Positions 12,370 through 25,915 of a stretch of 64,000 nt of DNA are shown here, piece by piece. Location: the NCBI GenBank assembly GCA_951406725.2, contig OX597829.1, forward strand, positions 21,948,001 to 22,012,000, written 5' to 3'. How positions within the stretch are numbered: position 1 is the first letter of the stretch; each line of letters starts with the position of its first letter. The notes under the pieces are model-generated. The model was given only the letters and a program-made list of their open reading frames with translations. It did no database searches and was not told the DNA's origin. Made by a program: the position numbers and the translations under genes. The DNA is from Octopus vulgaris. Taxonomy: Eukaryota.

Positions 12370-13122
12370 AGGTGGCAAGCTGGCAGAATTGTTAGCACAC
12401 TGGATGAAATGCTTAACGGTATTTCGTCTGCCACTACGTTCTGAATTCAAATTCCGCCAAGGTCGACTTTGCCTTTCATCCTTTCGGGGTCGATAAATTA
12501 AGTACCAGTTACGCACTGGGGTCGATGTAATCGACTTAATACCTATGTCTGTCCTTGTTTGTCCTCTCTGTGTTTAGCCCCTTGTGGGTAATAAAGAAAT
12601 AGGTATTTCGTCTGCCGCTACGTTCTGAATTCAAATTCCACCAAGGTCGACTTTGCCTTTCATTCTTTCGGGTTCGATCAAATAAGTACCAGTTACACAC
12701 TGGGGTCGATATAATCAACTTAATCTGTTTGTCTGTCCTTGTTTGTCCTCTCTGTGTTCAGCCCCTTGTGGGTAGTAGAGAAATAGGTATTTTGCCCATT
12801 TCTACGTTCTGAGTTAAAATTCCGCCGAGGTCAACTTTGCCTTTCATTCTTTCGGGGTCGATTAAATAAGTACCAGGTTACGCACTGGGGTTGATATAAT
12901 CAACTTAATCCGTTTGTCTGTCCTTGTTTGTCCTCTCTGTGTTCAGCCCCTTGTGGGATAGTAGAGAAATAGGTATTTTGCCCATTGCTACGTTCTGAGT
13001 TCAAATTCCGCCAAAGTCGACTTTGCCTTGGATCCTTTCAAGGTCGATAAATTAAGTACCAGTGGAACACTGGGTTCAATGTAATCAACAAGTCCCCTCC
13101 CTGCAAATTTGAGGCCTTGTTC
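12370..13122 (+). mobile_element. Four tandem units of SINE family A
   Basis: About 183-bp periodicity; only the first unit has the complete head. Confidence 0.85.
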
Positions 13123-13739
13123 CTCCAGTATAAAGGATTATTAAGCTGGTGTTTGGAACATACATCAACATGCACTTTGATAGAAGATTTTAATTTGGAT
13201 CACTTTAACGCTCATCTTACCAAATTTCTGTTGAAATACATTGCCTTCATTTCACGTAATTTTGAAAATGATAAAGAATTTAGTAAAACAACTTTGTCAT
13301 TATTTAGCTAATGTTTGGAACATAAATTAACATGAAATTTTGGTAGAATGTTTCACAGAAGCAAGGGTAGCCTCAGGTGGGTTGGTATCAAAATGGTTAA
13401 AAGGATAATAAACTGGTGACATATTTCAATGTTATTTAAAGCACCAGATATATAACAAAATGAAGTTTTGTTGGAGATTCAGATAAAAGTGCTCATATAT
13501 AACAAAAAAAAAAAAATTGTTGTTGTCATTGATAATGTTTTAGAATGGCAAGGTTTAGTCTTCATGAAACTGCAGACTGATAAAAAAGTGTCTGTCTGAC
13601 AGAGGGGAAAAAAAGATATTGTTGCTATGACAGCAAGTTTGGTTTCTAATAAGGTAAGAATAAAAAAAAATTTTAATAGATTCAATATCTCATGAGAGAA
13701 TCAGAAAGATGATATATAATTATATTTGGTAATCTAGAA

Positions 13740-14033
13740 TACACATATACACATAAATATATGCATACATACATACATACATACATACATACATGCATGC
13801 ATACATACATACATACATACATAACATACATATGTACATACATATGTACGTACGTACATACATACACATATATATATATATACGTACAAATACATACATA
13901 TATATACACATATATATATATATACATACACATACATATATATATATACATGTGTGTGTGTGTATATATATACATACATGCATATATATATATATATATA
14001 CATACATACATACATACATATATATATACATAC

Positions 14034-14066
<33 letters not shown>

Positions 14067-14149
14067 CATATACATACATATACATACATACATGCATATA
14101 TACATACATACATACATACATACATTACATATATACATACATACATTAC

Positions 14150-14217
<68 letters not shown>

Positions 14218-14340
14218 ATGTATGTATGTATGTTTGTATGTATGTATGTTTGTATGTATGGATGTATGTATGGATGGATGTATGTATGTATGGATGGATG
14301 TATGTATGTTTGTATGTATGTATGTGTGTATATATATATT
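13740..14340. repeat. Compound (TACA)/(TA)/(TG)/(TATG) microsatellite
   Basis: Seen directly. Confidence 0.95.
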
Positions 14341-14749
14341 TATTTAACATAACATCACAAATATTTAACATAACAAAAAATTTTTAAATTCGAAAAATTT
14401 CAGACATATAAAGATAATATGATTTCAATGCACTGATGTTTAGTAATAGTTTTGATAAATTCTTCAAGAAACAAACTCAGTAACCACAATCAGTAACCAA
14501 TTAAGAAGGAATTGTCAAAACCAAAAAAATCCTTTTCTAAAAGGAATTGCAATAAGAATGCTTTTCTCTATTTTTTTTCCATATTTGATTCCTGATTATA
14601 AATCTTTGACTCAGTTTCTAATATTCTTTGGAAAGACATGAACATTGCAACATATCAGTTCCCTCTTTCTGAAAACAATATTCCTGAACTCTCATAAATC
14701 AATGCGCTTGGTCACATAGGCAGATTAACCAGCTGACATGTCCCCTCCT

Positions 14750-15450
14750 TCTTAAAGGATCTTTGTCTTGCAAGTTACTTGATGATCCTGCCAGTGCTGG
14801 TAACACGTAGAAAGCATCCAGTCCACACAGAACAGTGGTTGGCATTTGAAGGGCATCCAGCCATAAAAAAACCATGCTAAAACTGACCTCGCCTATGCTG
14901 GTGCAACATAAAATGTGCCCAGTCCACTCTGCTTGGTGGTTGTTGTTAGAAAGAGCAGCCAGCTGTAAAAACTATGCCAAAACATAACACAGACAGAAGT
15001 TTGGTGCTGTCTTCTGCCAGGCCAGCTCCTGTCAAAACTCCCAACCCATGCCAACATAGAAGATAGACATTAAACAATGATGATAATGATAATGATGATA
15101 ATGGAAATTGTAGTTGTGATACCTGTGCCGATGGCACGTACGGAGCACCATCCGAGCTTGGTCGATGCCAGTCCCGACTTGACTGGCTTCTGTGCCGGTG
15201 GCACGTGAAAAGCACAAACTGATTGTGGCTGTTTCCAGCATCGCCTGGCACCTGTGCCGGTGGCACTTAAAAAGCACCCACTACACTCACGGAGTGGTTG
15301 GTATTAGGAAGGGCATCCAGCTGTAGAAACACTGCCAGATCAGACTGGAGCCTGGTGCAGCCTCCTGGCTTCCCAGACCCTGGTCGAACCGTCCAACCCG
15401 TGCTAGCACGGAAAACGGACATTAGATGATGATGATGATGATGGTGATGA
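14750..15450 (+). mobile_element. Two adjacent RTE 3' UTR fragments, each ending in (GAT)n
   Basis: Repeated gggcatccagc...aacccatgc...gatgat motifs ending at about 15100 and about 15450. Confidence 0.75.
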
Positions 15451-15904
15451 ATGTGGAAGCATGTGCCTCAGTGATTAAGATGTCACACACCTGGTTATAT
15501 GACTGTGGTTTCAATTGCAATACCATGATTGCAATATATATATATATATGAAGAAGAAATTATATAAATAGCTGACAAAAATGTTTATATATAGATACAG
15601 CATAATATAATGTTTATTCCCAGGCCAACCCATGTCCTTATGATTCAAAGCAACCATCAATGACCATCACATCTGTTTTCCTCAGACATAGTATTCACTT
15701 CTTCAGCAGGCTACCTGTTCCCGTCTTCTTATTATATTTATTTATCCCTCAATAGTTGACCCCACTCAGATGAGGGATCTTTCTGTAAAGCGTTTGGTGT
15801 TAGGAAGAGGCATTCGGTTCTGGAAACTATGTCAAAGCAAACATTGGAGTTTGGTGCAGCCATTTGCCTTGTCAGTTCATACAAAGACAACAAACTCATG
15901 ACGA

Positions 15905-16392
15905 TGGGGAGGAGGAGGAAGAGGAAGAAGAAGGTGAGGAGGGGAGAAAAAAGGTGAGGAGGAAGAGGAGGAAAAAGAAGAGAAGGAAGACGAGAAGGAG
16001 GAAAAGAGGAGGAAGGGGGAGAAGAAAGTGAAGAGGGGGAGAAAAAAGGTGAGGAGGAGGAGGAAAAAGAAGAGAAGGAAGACGAGAAGGAGGAAAAGAG
16101 GAGGAAGAAGAAGAAGAAGGTGGGGAGGAGAGAAAAAAGGTGAGGAGGAGGAGGAGGAGGAAAAAGAAGAGAAGGAAGACGAGAAGGAGGAAAAGAGGAG
16201 GAAGGGGAAGAAGAAAGTGAAGAGGGGGAGAAAAGAGACGAGGAGAGAAAGGGAGGAGAAAAACGAGGAGAAGAGGAGAAGAAGATAGCAAGTTGGAGGA
16301 AGAAGGCAAGGAGGAGGAGGAAGAAGAAAAAGAAGAGGAAGAAGATAAAGAGAGGAAGAAGGAGAAGAGGAAGGGAGGGAAGGAAGAAGAGG
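15905..16392. repeat. Purine-rich (GAA/GGA) low-complexity repeat with internal duplications
   Basis: Seen directly. Confidence 0.9.
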
Positions 16393-16644
16393 TTATCTTT
16401 ACTTACATTATATAAAATGTGATTCATATTTTCTTTTTTTTTTAAATACAGCACTAGAATGAGTTTTTATGAGATATTTGGCTGCTATTTCTCACAGCCT
16501 GAGTAACCACATAGGCTCTTTACAGTCTAATCAAGAGTCTCAATAAAATCTTACATTTCATAGTGATTGTTCAGCAACAGAAGACATATTAAGAATCAGA
16601 TCTTTGACTCCAATGAAAATGTAGAATAAAATGTAGAGTAAAAG

Positions 16645-16689
16645 ACCACCACTACCATCACCACCACCACCACCACTACTACTACTACA

Positions 16690-16742
<53 letters not shown>

Positions 16743-16746
16743 CACC

Positions 16747-16796
<50 letters not shown>

Positions 16797-16873
16797 TACT
16801 ACTACTGCTACCACCACTACTGCTACTGCTGCTGCTAGTGCTTACTACTACTACTACCGCTGCTGCTAGTACT

Positions 16874-16923
<50 letters not shown>

Positions 16924-17631
16924 ATACTACTGCTGCTGCTGCTGCTGCTATTACTACTACTACTACTTACACCACCACCACTACTACTTACACCACCCCA
17001 CCCTCACATCCACCACCAGCACCATCACTACTACTACTGCTGCTGCTGCTGCAACTGCAGCTGCTACTATAACCACCACTGCCACCACCACCACTACCAC
17101 CACTACTACTGGTAATAGTATTTAATCCTCTAGTGACGACATCATTAACAGTTGTAATTGAATATACCAAGCTGTTTCATGTCCCAGCCACTGGACATTT
17201 ACTATAGTTTCCAGCGGCTGAAAAGGATATAAACTGGGATTTAGTGTCACTGGACATTAATTAGCATAGTGTGAATGTCAAGTTGTGCAATAAATATTCC
17301 TAGCCAAGGATTCTAGAAATGGAATTACTGTAGAATTAGCAAATGGCTTCATTTGTTCGCTATGTCAAGTTGATCTCCTGGTTGAATTTGTCCTAGATGC
17401 ATTTATTGAAATGAAATGTTGTGACATGCTGTTATGAGAAAAGAAATCAGCTGCTGTTGCTAATAATTCTTAGTGGATGGTCAACAAAGAAGTTACAATG
17501 TATAGTCTATTGACCTTACTTGAAATAACAGCCAAACCTCCTTCAAAATTATGCTTAATAGGTCTTACATAATGAAAGAATATAAACCGCCGCCACTACT
17601 ACTACTACTACTACTACTGCTACTACTACTA

Positions 17632-17696
<65 letters not shown>

Positions 17697-17760
17697 AGTA
17701 CTTACTACTACCACGACTACCACTACTACCACCACCACTACCACCACCACCACCACCACC

Positions 17761-17810
<50 letters not shown>

Positions 17811-17856
17811 CACTACTACCACTACTACTCCTACCACTAATACTACTACTACTACT
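16645..17856. repeat. Two (ACT/ACC/GCT)n arrays (16645-17110 and 17593-17856)
   Basis: Seen directly. Confidence 0.9.
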
Positions 17857-18769
17857 CTTCAAAATACAATAGTTTTTCTAAGTTCTCTTTGACAAAAGAC
17901 ATTCATTCTGGAAATAAATAAATGCCAAATACATCAGATAATTACTCTCAGAAATGTTTGCCACTCAAAGACAAGAGCTATTTCCATTCTGTCTGTTAAT
18001 AAGTTATGTAAGTTTGATATAATAATAGAGCGCAGTCATCTCTAGAGTACAGACGAACCAGTGGAACCTAGAACTAAATGAGAGTTCATCATATGGCATA
18101 TATCTTTTCCCAAGAATTTCTTCTGAGCTTAAATAGATGAGGGCAGCAAGCCAATTATCAACACAGCATTCATTTGATCCTTGTCTATAGAAATAACAGA
18201 ATATCTAACACAAGTTGTACTGTAGTCTTGCATGAAAATCCGTTATTTTTAGAACATATTCCTCCATGCTGTGAAGCTATTTGCTTGACAACATGTCTCC
18301 TGAAAATATATAGAGTATGTTTCTTCTTGGAGATAAAAAAACAAAAAAGAAAAGACAAAAAAGAAAACCCATTGAAGTAAGAATTTTCTGCAAGTTTAGT
18401 TAGCTATGATAGTGTTATATAATTAGTTAGAGCCACAATAATTCCAAATATTGGATACACAATAACAAGAATAACAAGAATGAGACTAGTAGTAGCAGCA
18501 ACAGCAGCAGCAGTAACAACAATAACACTAACAACAACAGCAGCAGCAACAACAACACCAACATACCACCAACAACAACAACAGCAGCAGCAGCAGCAAT
18601 AGCAGCTACAACAATCATTATAAGAATGAGGAGAACTGCAAAAATTGGTATTGTGCCACACAGTATTTAACCCATTCAATAACAAATTACCTGAAATCAT
18701 CTCTGGCTCCATGTTACAACACATCCTATTTTCAAATATTCATACCAATCATCGTCGGCGTTTGCGGCG

Positions 18770-20166
18770 GTGTCATTGTCGTCATCGTCGTTTAACGTCC
18801 ACTTTCCATGTTGGCATGGGTTGGACAGATTAACCAAGGACTGGCAACCCAGAAAGCTGCAATCTGATCTGGCAAGGTTTCTGCAGCTGGATGCTCTTCC
18901 TAATGCCAACCACTCCAAGAGTGTAGTGGGTGCTTTTTACATGCCACTGGCACAATGGCCAGGCAGGCAGCACTAGCAACAACCACACTCAAATGGTGCT
19001 TTTTACGTGCTTCTAGCATAAGGGCCAGTCAGGCAGCACTGGCAACAACCATGCTCAAATGGTGCTTTTTACGTGCTTCCAGCATAGGGGCCAGTCAGGC
19101 AGCACTGGCAACAACCACGCTCAGATGGTGCTTTTTACGTGCTTCCAGCATAGGGGCCAGTCAGGCAGCACTGGCAACAACCACACTCAAATGGTGCTTT
19201 TTACGTGCTTCCAGCATAGGGGCCAGTCAGGCAGCACTGGCAACAACCACGCTCAGATGGTGCTTTTTACGTGCTTCCAGCATAGGGGCCAGTCAGGCAG
19301 CACTGGCAACAACCACGCTCAAATGGTGCTTTTTACGTGCTTCCAGCATAGGGGCCAGTCAGGCAGCACTGGCAACAACCACGCTCAGATGGTGCTTTTT
19401 ACGTGCTTCCAGCATAGGGGCCAGTCAGGCAGCACTGGCAACAACCACACTCAAATGGTGCTTTTTACGTGCTTCCAGCATAGGGGCCAGTCAGGCAGCA
19501 CTGGCAACAACCACGCTCAGATGGTGCTTTTTACGTGCCTCCAGCATAGGGGCCAGTCAGGCAGCACTGGCAACAACCACGCTCAAATGGTGCTTTTTAC
19601 GTGCCTCCAGCATAGGGGCCAGTCAGGCAGCACTGGCAACAACCACGCTCAAATGGTGCTTTTTACGTGCCTCCAGCACAGGAGTCAGTCAGGCAGCACT
19701 GGCAACAACCATGCTCAAATGGTGCTTTTTACGTGCTTCCAGCATAGGGGCCAGTCAGGCAGCACTGGCAACAACCATGCTCAAATGGTGCTTTTTACGT
19801 GCTTCCAGCATAGGGGCCAGTCAGGCAGCACTGGCAACAACCATGCTCAAATGGTGCTTTTTACGTGCCTCCAGCACAGGAGTCAGTCAGGCAGCACTGG
19901 CAACAACCATGCTCAAATGGTGCTTTTTACGTGCCTCCAGCATAGGGGCCAGTCAGGCAGCACTGGCAACAACCACGCTCAAATGGTGCTTTTTACGTGC
20001 CTCCAGCATAGGGGCCAGTCAGGCAGCACTGGCAACAACCATGCTCAAATGGTGCTTTTTACGTGCCTCCAGCACAGGAGTCAGTCAGGCAGCACTGGCA
20101 ACAACCATGCTCAAATGGTGCTTTTTACGTGCTTCCAGCATGGGAGCCAGACAGGCAGCACTGGCA
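18770..20166 (-). mobile_element. RTE 3' UTR containing a 57-bp minisatellite expanded to about 21 copies
   Basis: RTE terminus at 18770-18950, then the unit gccagtcaggcagcactggcaacaaccacgctcaaatggtgctttttacgtgcttccagcataggg from 18955 to 20166. Confidence 0.85.
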
Positions 20167-21714
20167 ATTTTGTGGGGAGGGGATCAACTCAATTACATTG
20201 ACCTCTAGTACTTGAAAGGTACTTTATTTTCTTGAGCCCAAAAGGACGGAAGGCAAAGTTAACTTCAGTAGAATTTGAACTCAGGACATAGAATGCTGGA
20301 AGAAATTCCACAAAGCATTTTGTCTGGCAAAGTAAACAATTATGCCCTCTCGCCACCTTGCACAAGTTTAATAATGAAAATGTTAGTTATTACACTAAAT
20401 CCATTGAAATTATTAATTACACTGGGTAACATGATTTTTGTCCTTGTGTAGCAACTGTTCTTTCCTATTTGCTTATCCCTAGAAAGTATGAAAAATGGTT
20501 AACATTTCCTTCAAACTTTGCTTTTGTTACATTTATTCAAACCTAAAGAATCCTTCTCAACACGTGGCAATGATGCTCCCCAACTCCTCCTGCTGATGAT
20601 CAGATGCACATATTATCAGCCATTGAGGGATATGCTCAAGTGGTTACGGTCAAGCAACTGACAAGTAAATCAGTGGTACTGAGCAGAATATTTTGCAATA
20701 ACAATATTTCTGCTTCAGCAATTCAGTGCTGAATCTGTCTGAAATGTAATGGATTATAGATCAGTTTCAAAACAGTGATGCTCAGATATTTCATAAACAA
20801 AATATGTGTTTGTTTATGAAATATCACAGCTTGCAGTACTGGCTCTGTATTCTGTAGAAAAACTGAGAACATGACACTGCTAACACTTGGTGAGACACGG
20901 TATTGACTTGTAAATTTGTAATATACTTGGCAGTATATCATGGTTGCAAAACAAAATATTGTACAGTTGCCAACAATTAGTAGCTGTAATTTAGAGGATT
21001 GGTTTTAATTCACTGATCCTGCCTGAGAATTACATTAAATAAACAAGTGCCTTTGGAATACTCAGCCAGTCACATCAATGGGTAGAATTTTCTCTCAAGT
21101 GAACATCTGCTACTTTCATTTTCTATATTGATTCAGGATCTACTATGCATGTATGTATATCTGTGTTTGTGTGTTTATGTTCATGTGAGCATCTGTTGTT
21201 TGTGAATTTATGTAGTGACTCTTAATCTCTAGAGAAAAATAAGTAATGGGTATATATACATATTTATATAATGCATATCATGGGTGTAGAGAAAAATTTT
21301 CTATAACCTTTGAAATGTGCATATACACTCGTTACCTACTACTGTCTTTTTAGCAGATCCAGTGACCTTTTAATATCCACCTTTTTAATATCAACCATTT
21401 TAATATCCATGCCATATCCCAAACCTGGATTTTCGTTTTTTAGTGGGTGGCACCAAAAAAAGTAAAACACATGTTAATTGAAGAAAAATTTATCATATTT
21501 ATAAAGGAAAGACAATTGGGAGTGGGGGCCACTGGAAGGAAGTTTGAGGGTCTCGTGCAGCCCTGAGAACCACAGTTGAGAAATGCTGATGAAGAGTATT
21601 CCTTGGTGACATTTTAATATTTTATTGTTGAAACTAAATCAGAAGCTTGATTCTATTTATTTTGTTTCCATGTATTTCTGTAAGAATTTACCTTAAAAAC
21701 TTTTCCAATTTTAA

Positions 21715-21937
21715 CCCTTTAGTATTTAAACTGCCCATATCAGGCCCAAATATTCTACCTTTTTTATGCTCAAGCCAGCTAGATCCAGCCCCTCATACCT
21801 ACCCGACAATATCATTCTAAAAATAAACAATCACATCATTGAAATCCTGAAGTTACAAGATAATGAATGATTATATAAAAACAAAGAAAATAAATAAGTT
21901 TTACATTTGAGAGCAGAGTAATTTGAATGCTAAAGGG
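21715..21937. mobile_element. piggyBac-like MITE (second family)
   Basis: TTAA-CCCTTTAG...CTAAAGGG-TTAA. Related copies at about 33865-34445, 34450-34655, 39975-40190 and 46695-46880. Confidence 0.7.
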
Positions 21938-22059
21938 TTAATAACCGACAGTCCTTGTTTTATTAAGTACCTCAAAATGTGTCAGTTTTTACATATTAAT
22001 TCAACTGGGACCTTCATCTAACTATTGCTACTAATTTCTCTTTAAACTATTTATTTCAG

Positions 22060-22107
22060 TAACGATACAGAATCAACCTTATATTCTACGAACTGTTTGC
22101 AACACAG
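22060..22107 (+). CDS. Candidate 48-nt exon extending the guanylyl cyclase C-terminus
   Basis: tatttcag acceptor and CAG/gtaagt donor. Phase 2-2 and open in the frame set by the 7454 donor: (F)NDTESTLYSTNCLQH(R). Confidence 0.5.
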
Positions 22108-22139
22108 GTAAGTGATTACTGTTTGTCGTGTATTATTTA

Positions 22140-22515
22140 GTACAAGTAGAAAGATATATTTTTTTCAACAAGTAAAATACTGATATAACAGTATACATGG
22201 GATAATATCCCTTACAGAGCAGAAAAATCTGTCAGCAACCAGCCATGAGAATTGAACGATTCTCATGGCTGGTTGTTGACAGATTTTTCTGGCTAGTTGC
22301 TGACAGATTTTTCTGGCTGGTTGCTGACAGATTTTTCTGGCTGGTTGCTGACAGATTTTTCTGGCTGGTTGCTGACAGATTTTTCTGGCTGGTTGCTGAC
22401 AGATTTTTCTGGCTGGTTGCTGACAGATTTTCCTGCTCTGTAAGGGATATTATCCCATGTATACTGTTATATCAGTATTTTACGCATTGAAAAAAGTATT
22501 TCTTTCTGCTTGTAC
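22140..22515. mobile_element. Foldback MITE with a 24-bp unit expanded 7 times in the right arm
   Basis: About 110-bp inverted arms (gtacaag...cttgtac). The unit is tggctggttgctgacagatttttc. Confidence 0.8.
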
Positions 22516-22598
22516 CACAATACATTTCAGAACTTCAAAAACAAACTTAAGTTTGTTTACATATGATGTAATATATTATTTAGTTTATTTATTTTCAG

Positions 22599-22638
22599 AA
22601 AAGAAATCAAGACAATTTTTAAACCAATGTGTACCTAA
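22599..22638 (+). CDS. Candidate terminal exon of the guanylyl cyclase
   Basis: ttattttcag acceptor. In phase with 22107 it gives (R)KEIKTIFKPMCT*. Confidence 0.4.
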
Positions 22639-22650
22639 AAGAAATACACA

Positions 22651-22745
<95 letters not shown>

Positions 22746-23030
22746 ATAGTTCAGTCCCACAGCATGGCACCAGTCATGATAGCTCTGGATCAATCAAAGC
22801 CTTATCAGTAAATTTGGTAAATGGAAACTGAAAGAAGCCCACTGTAAAGTGATTTCCATTAGGAAGGGTATCCATCTACAAAAACCATGCCATGAGCAGA
22901 CTCTGGAGCACAATGCAGCACTTGGACATATTGGATAGTCAAAACATCCAACCCATGTCAACATGGAACATAGATCTTAAATGATAATGAGGATTTACAT
23001 TTATATATATTTGTGTGTGTATATGCATGC

Positions 23031-23070
<40 letters not shown>

Positions 23071-23198
23071 CGGTAAGTTTTATGAAAATAGACAAAAGAC
23101 GAAGGCAGGTTTACGGAAATAAACAAAAGACGAAGGCAGGTGGAATACAAACAAACAATTGTATTAGTATGGCGCTCAGGAAATATAAATGAAACAAG

Positions 23199-23236
23199 TC
23201 TTTAACGTTTCGAGCCTACGCTCTTCAACAGAAAGA
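23199..23236 (-). ncRNA. Hammerhead-like motif with A6U core change (second decayed copy at 23471-23508)
   Basis: UCUUU-CUGUUGA-AGAGC(GUAG)GCUC-GAAA-CG-UU-AAAGA. Stem I and stem II are perfect and stem III is the palindrome ACGU. The second copy has CUGUCGA. Confidence 0.6.
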
Positions 23237-23745
23237 TACACAGAGAAAAAAAACACAGAAAGAAGGAGAGAAAAAAATATGCGTGCAAAAGCATATATAT
23301 ATATAGTTCATTGTGTCTTTTAGTGTCTTATTAAATTAACACACTCATTGGTCTGATTTCCACTCATTTACTTATTTATATAGTTCAAATTTACAGAAAA
23401 CAAAAGATGAAGGCAGGTGTAGGAACAACAAGCAGGTGTATTAGTTTAATGCTCAGGAAAAATGGAAAAGTCTTTTATGTTTAGAGCCTATGCTCTTCGA
23501 CAGAAAGGGTTAAGAAAAATGGAGACAGAATTTTTTTTTAAATGGTGAGAGGAAAAGTGTGTAGGGGTTAATGATTCAACATGATGTGTGTGTGTGTGTG
23601 TACCTTTGTTTTGACATCATGTGATGGTTGTAAATTAGCAACATTATCTTACAAGCCAAGTTGTTCATTAATTCCAATGGAAAACGGATGATGATGATGA
23701 TGATATATATATATATATATGATGCATGATTATGTAATGTGTATG

Positions 23746-23790
<45 letters not shown>

Positions 23791-23803
23791 AATGTAATGT
23801 GTG

Positions 23804-24630
<827 letters not shown>

Positions 24631-24747
24631 TATATATACATGACTGGGTAATTTATGTTTATATCTACTTATATGATACATATGCCTATTTGTTCCAACT
24701 TTACACATTTAACTGATTTTTTTTCTAATGAAAAAAACAACTATTAA

Positions 24748-24828
24748 AACTCTGATGAAGTTATATGATGTTGCGATGGCACCCAACTCTGTGTGCACTG
24801 CTCTTTATAGCTGAAACAGTTATAAGCT
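24748..24828 (+). ncRNA. Degenerate hammerhead-like motif
   Basis: CU-CUGAUGA-AGUUAUA...UAUAGCU-GAAA-CAGUUAUA-AG. Stem II is good, while stems I and III are decayed. Confidence 0.4.
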
Positions 24829-25001
24829 AATGGAAGCTATTATAAAACTTCTTTTTTTGTTGTTCATTTCATTTATTAAATCTGAAATATTATGCTCCAT
24901 ATTCATTTTACATTTATTTTTGTGGTTTTAAATAAAATGTGTGTGTGTAAAGGCATGTATGAATACATACATGACATTGATGTGTGCATATAAGTGCTGC
25001 T

Positions 25002-25047
<46 letters not shown>

Positions 25048-25160
25048 TACATGACAATGATATTGATGCATGTATATAGAGTAAGATTTATATAGAATGT
25101 GTGTGTGTCTAGAGATTGCATATGTGTAAGTGTGTGTGTACATGTATGTGTATGTGTATA

Positions 25161-25450
25161 TGGCTGTGTGGTAAGTAGCTTGCTAACCAACCACATGGTT
25201 CCAGGTTCAGTCCCACTGCGTGGCATCTTGGGCAAGTGTCTTCTGCTATAGCCCCAGGCCGACCAATGCCTTGTGAGTGGATTTGGTAGACGGAAACTGA
25301 AAGAAGCCTGTCGTATATATGTATATATATATATGTGTGTGTTTGTGTGTCTGTTTGTCCCCCTAGCATCGCTTGACAACCGATGCTGGTTAAAGGCGGT
25401 GCTCCAGCATGGCCGCAGTCAAATGACTGAAACAAGTAAAAGAGAAAGAG
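25161..25450 (+). mobile_element. SINE family B, internally deleted
   Basis: Same head and tail as 11512-12192, lacking the cggcaaaagagac...gaataagtcc block. Confidence 0.85.
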
Positions 25451-25871
25451 AAAGAATATATATGACAATGATAATGACATGTGTATATATAAGTGCAGGC
25501 TTAATATGAAATGTACATATGTAGGGAGATTGTATCTATGCAAAAATGTCATTGACGTGTGTGTATACAGATGTATGTATACAGTGCTAATTTTATAAAA
25601 TGTGTGTATCTATGTGTTTAGAGACTGTGTACGTGTGTATTTGTGAGTATTAATATTTGTATCATCATCACTTAACATCCATTTTCCATGCTGGCATGGG
25701 TTAGAATACAAATTAATTATTAAGCAAGAATGTTATTGACAGTGGCTTTGAAGTTTTGGCCAGCTAAGCCATTGTTGAATTCCAATGATGGTTTAGCTAG
25801 CGATAACTTAGAAGTCACTGTCAGCAACTTTCTTGTTTAAGAATAAATATACATGTATGTATAAGATTGTA

Positions 25872-25913
<42 letters not shown>

Positions 25914-25915
<2 letters not shown>

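Noticed and set aside
18955-20208. 417-aa repeat protein or CRISPR-like array
   Set aside because: Contiguous 57-bp tandem units with no unique spacers, lying inside a LINE UTR. No cas genes and a eukaryotic context.
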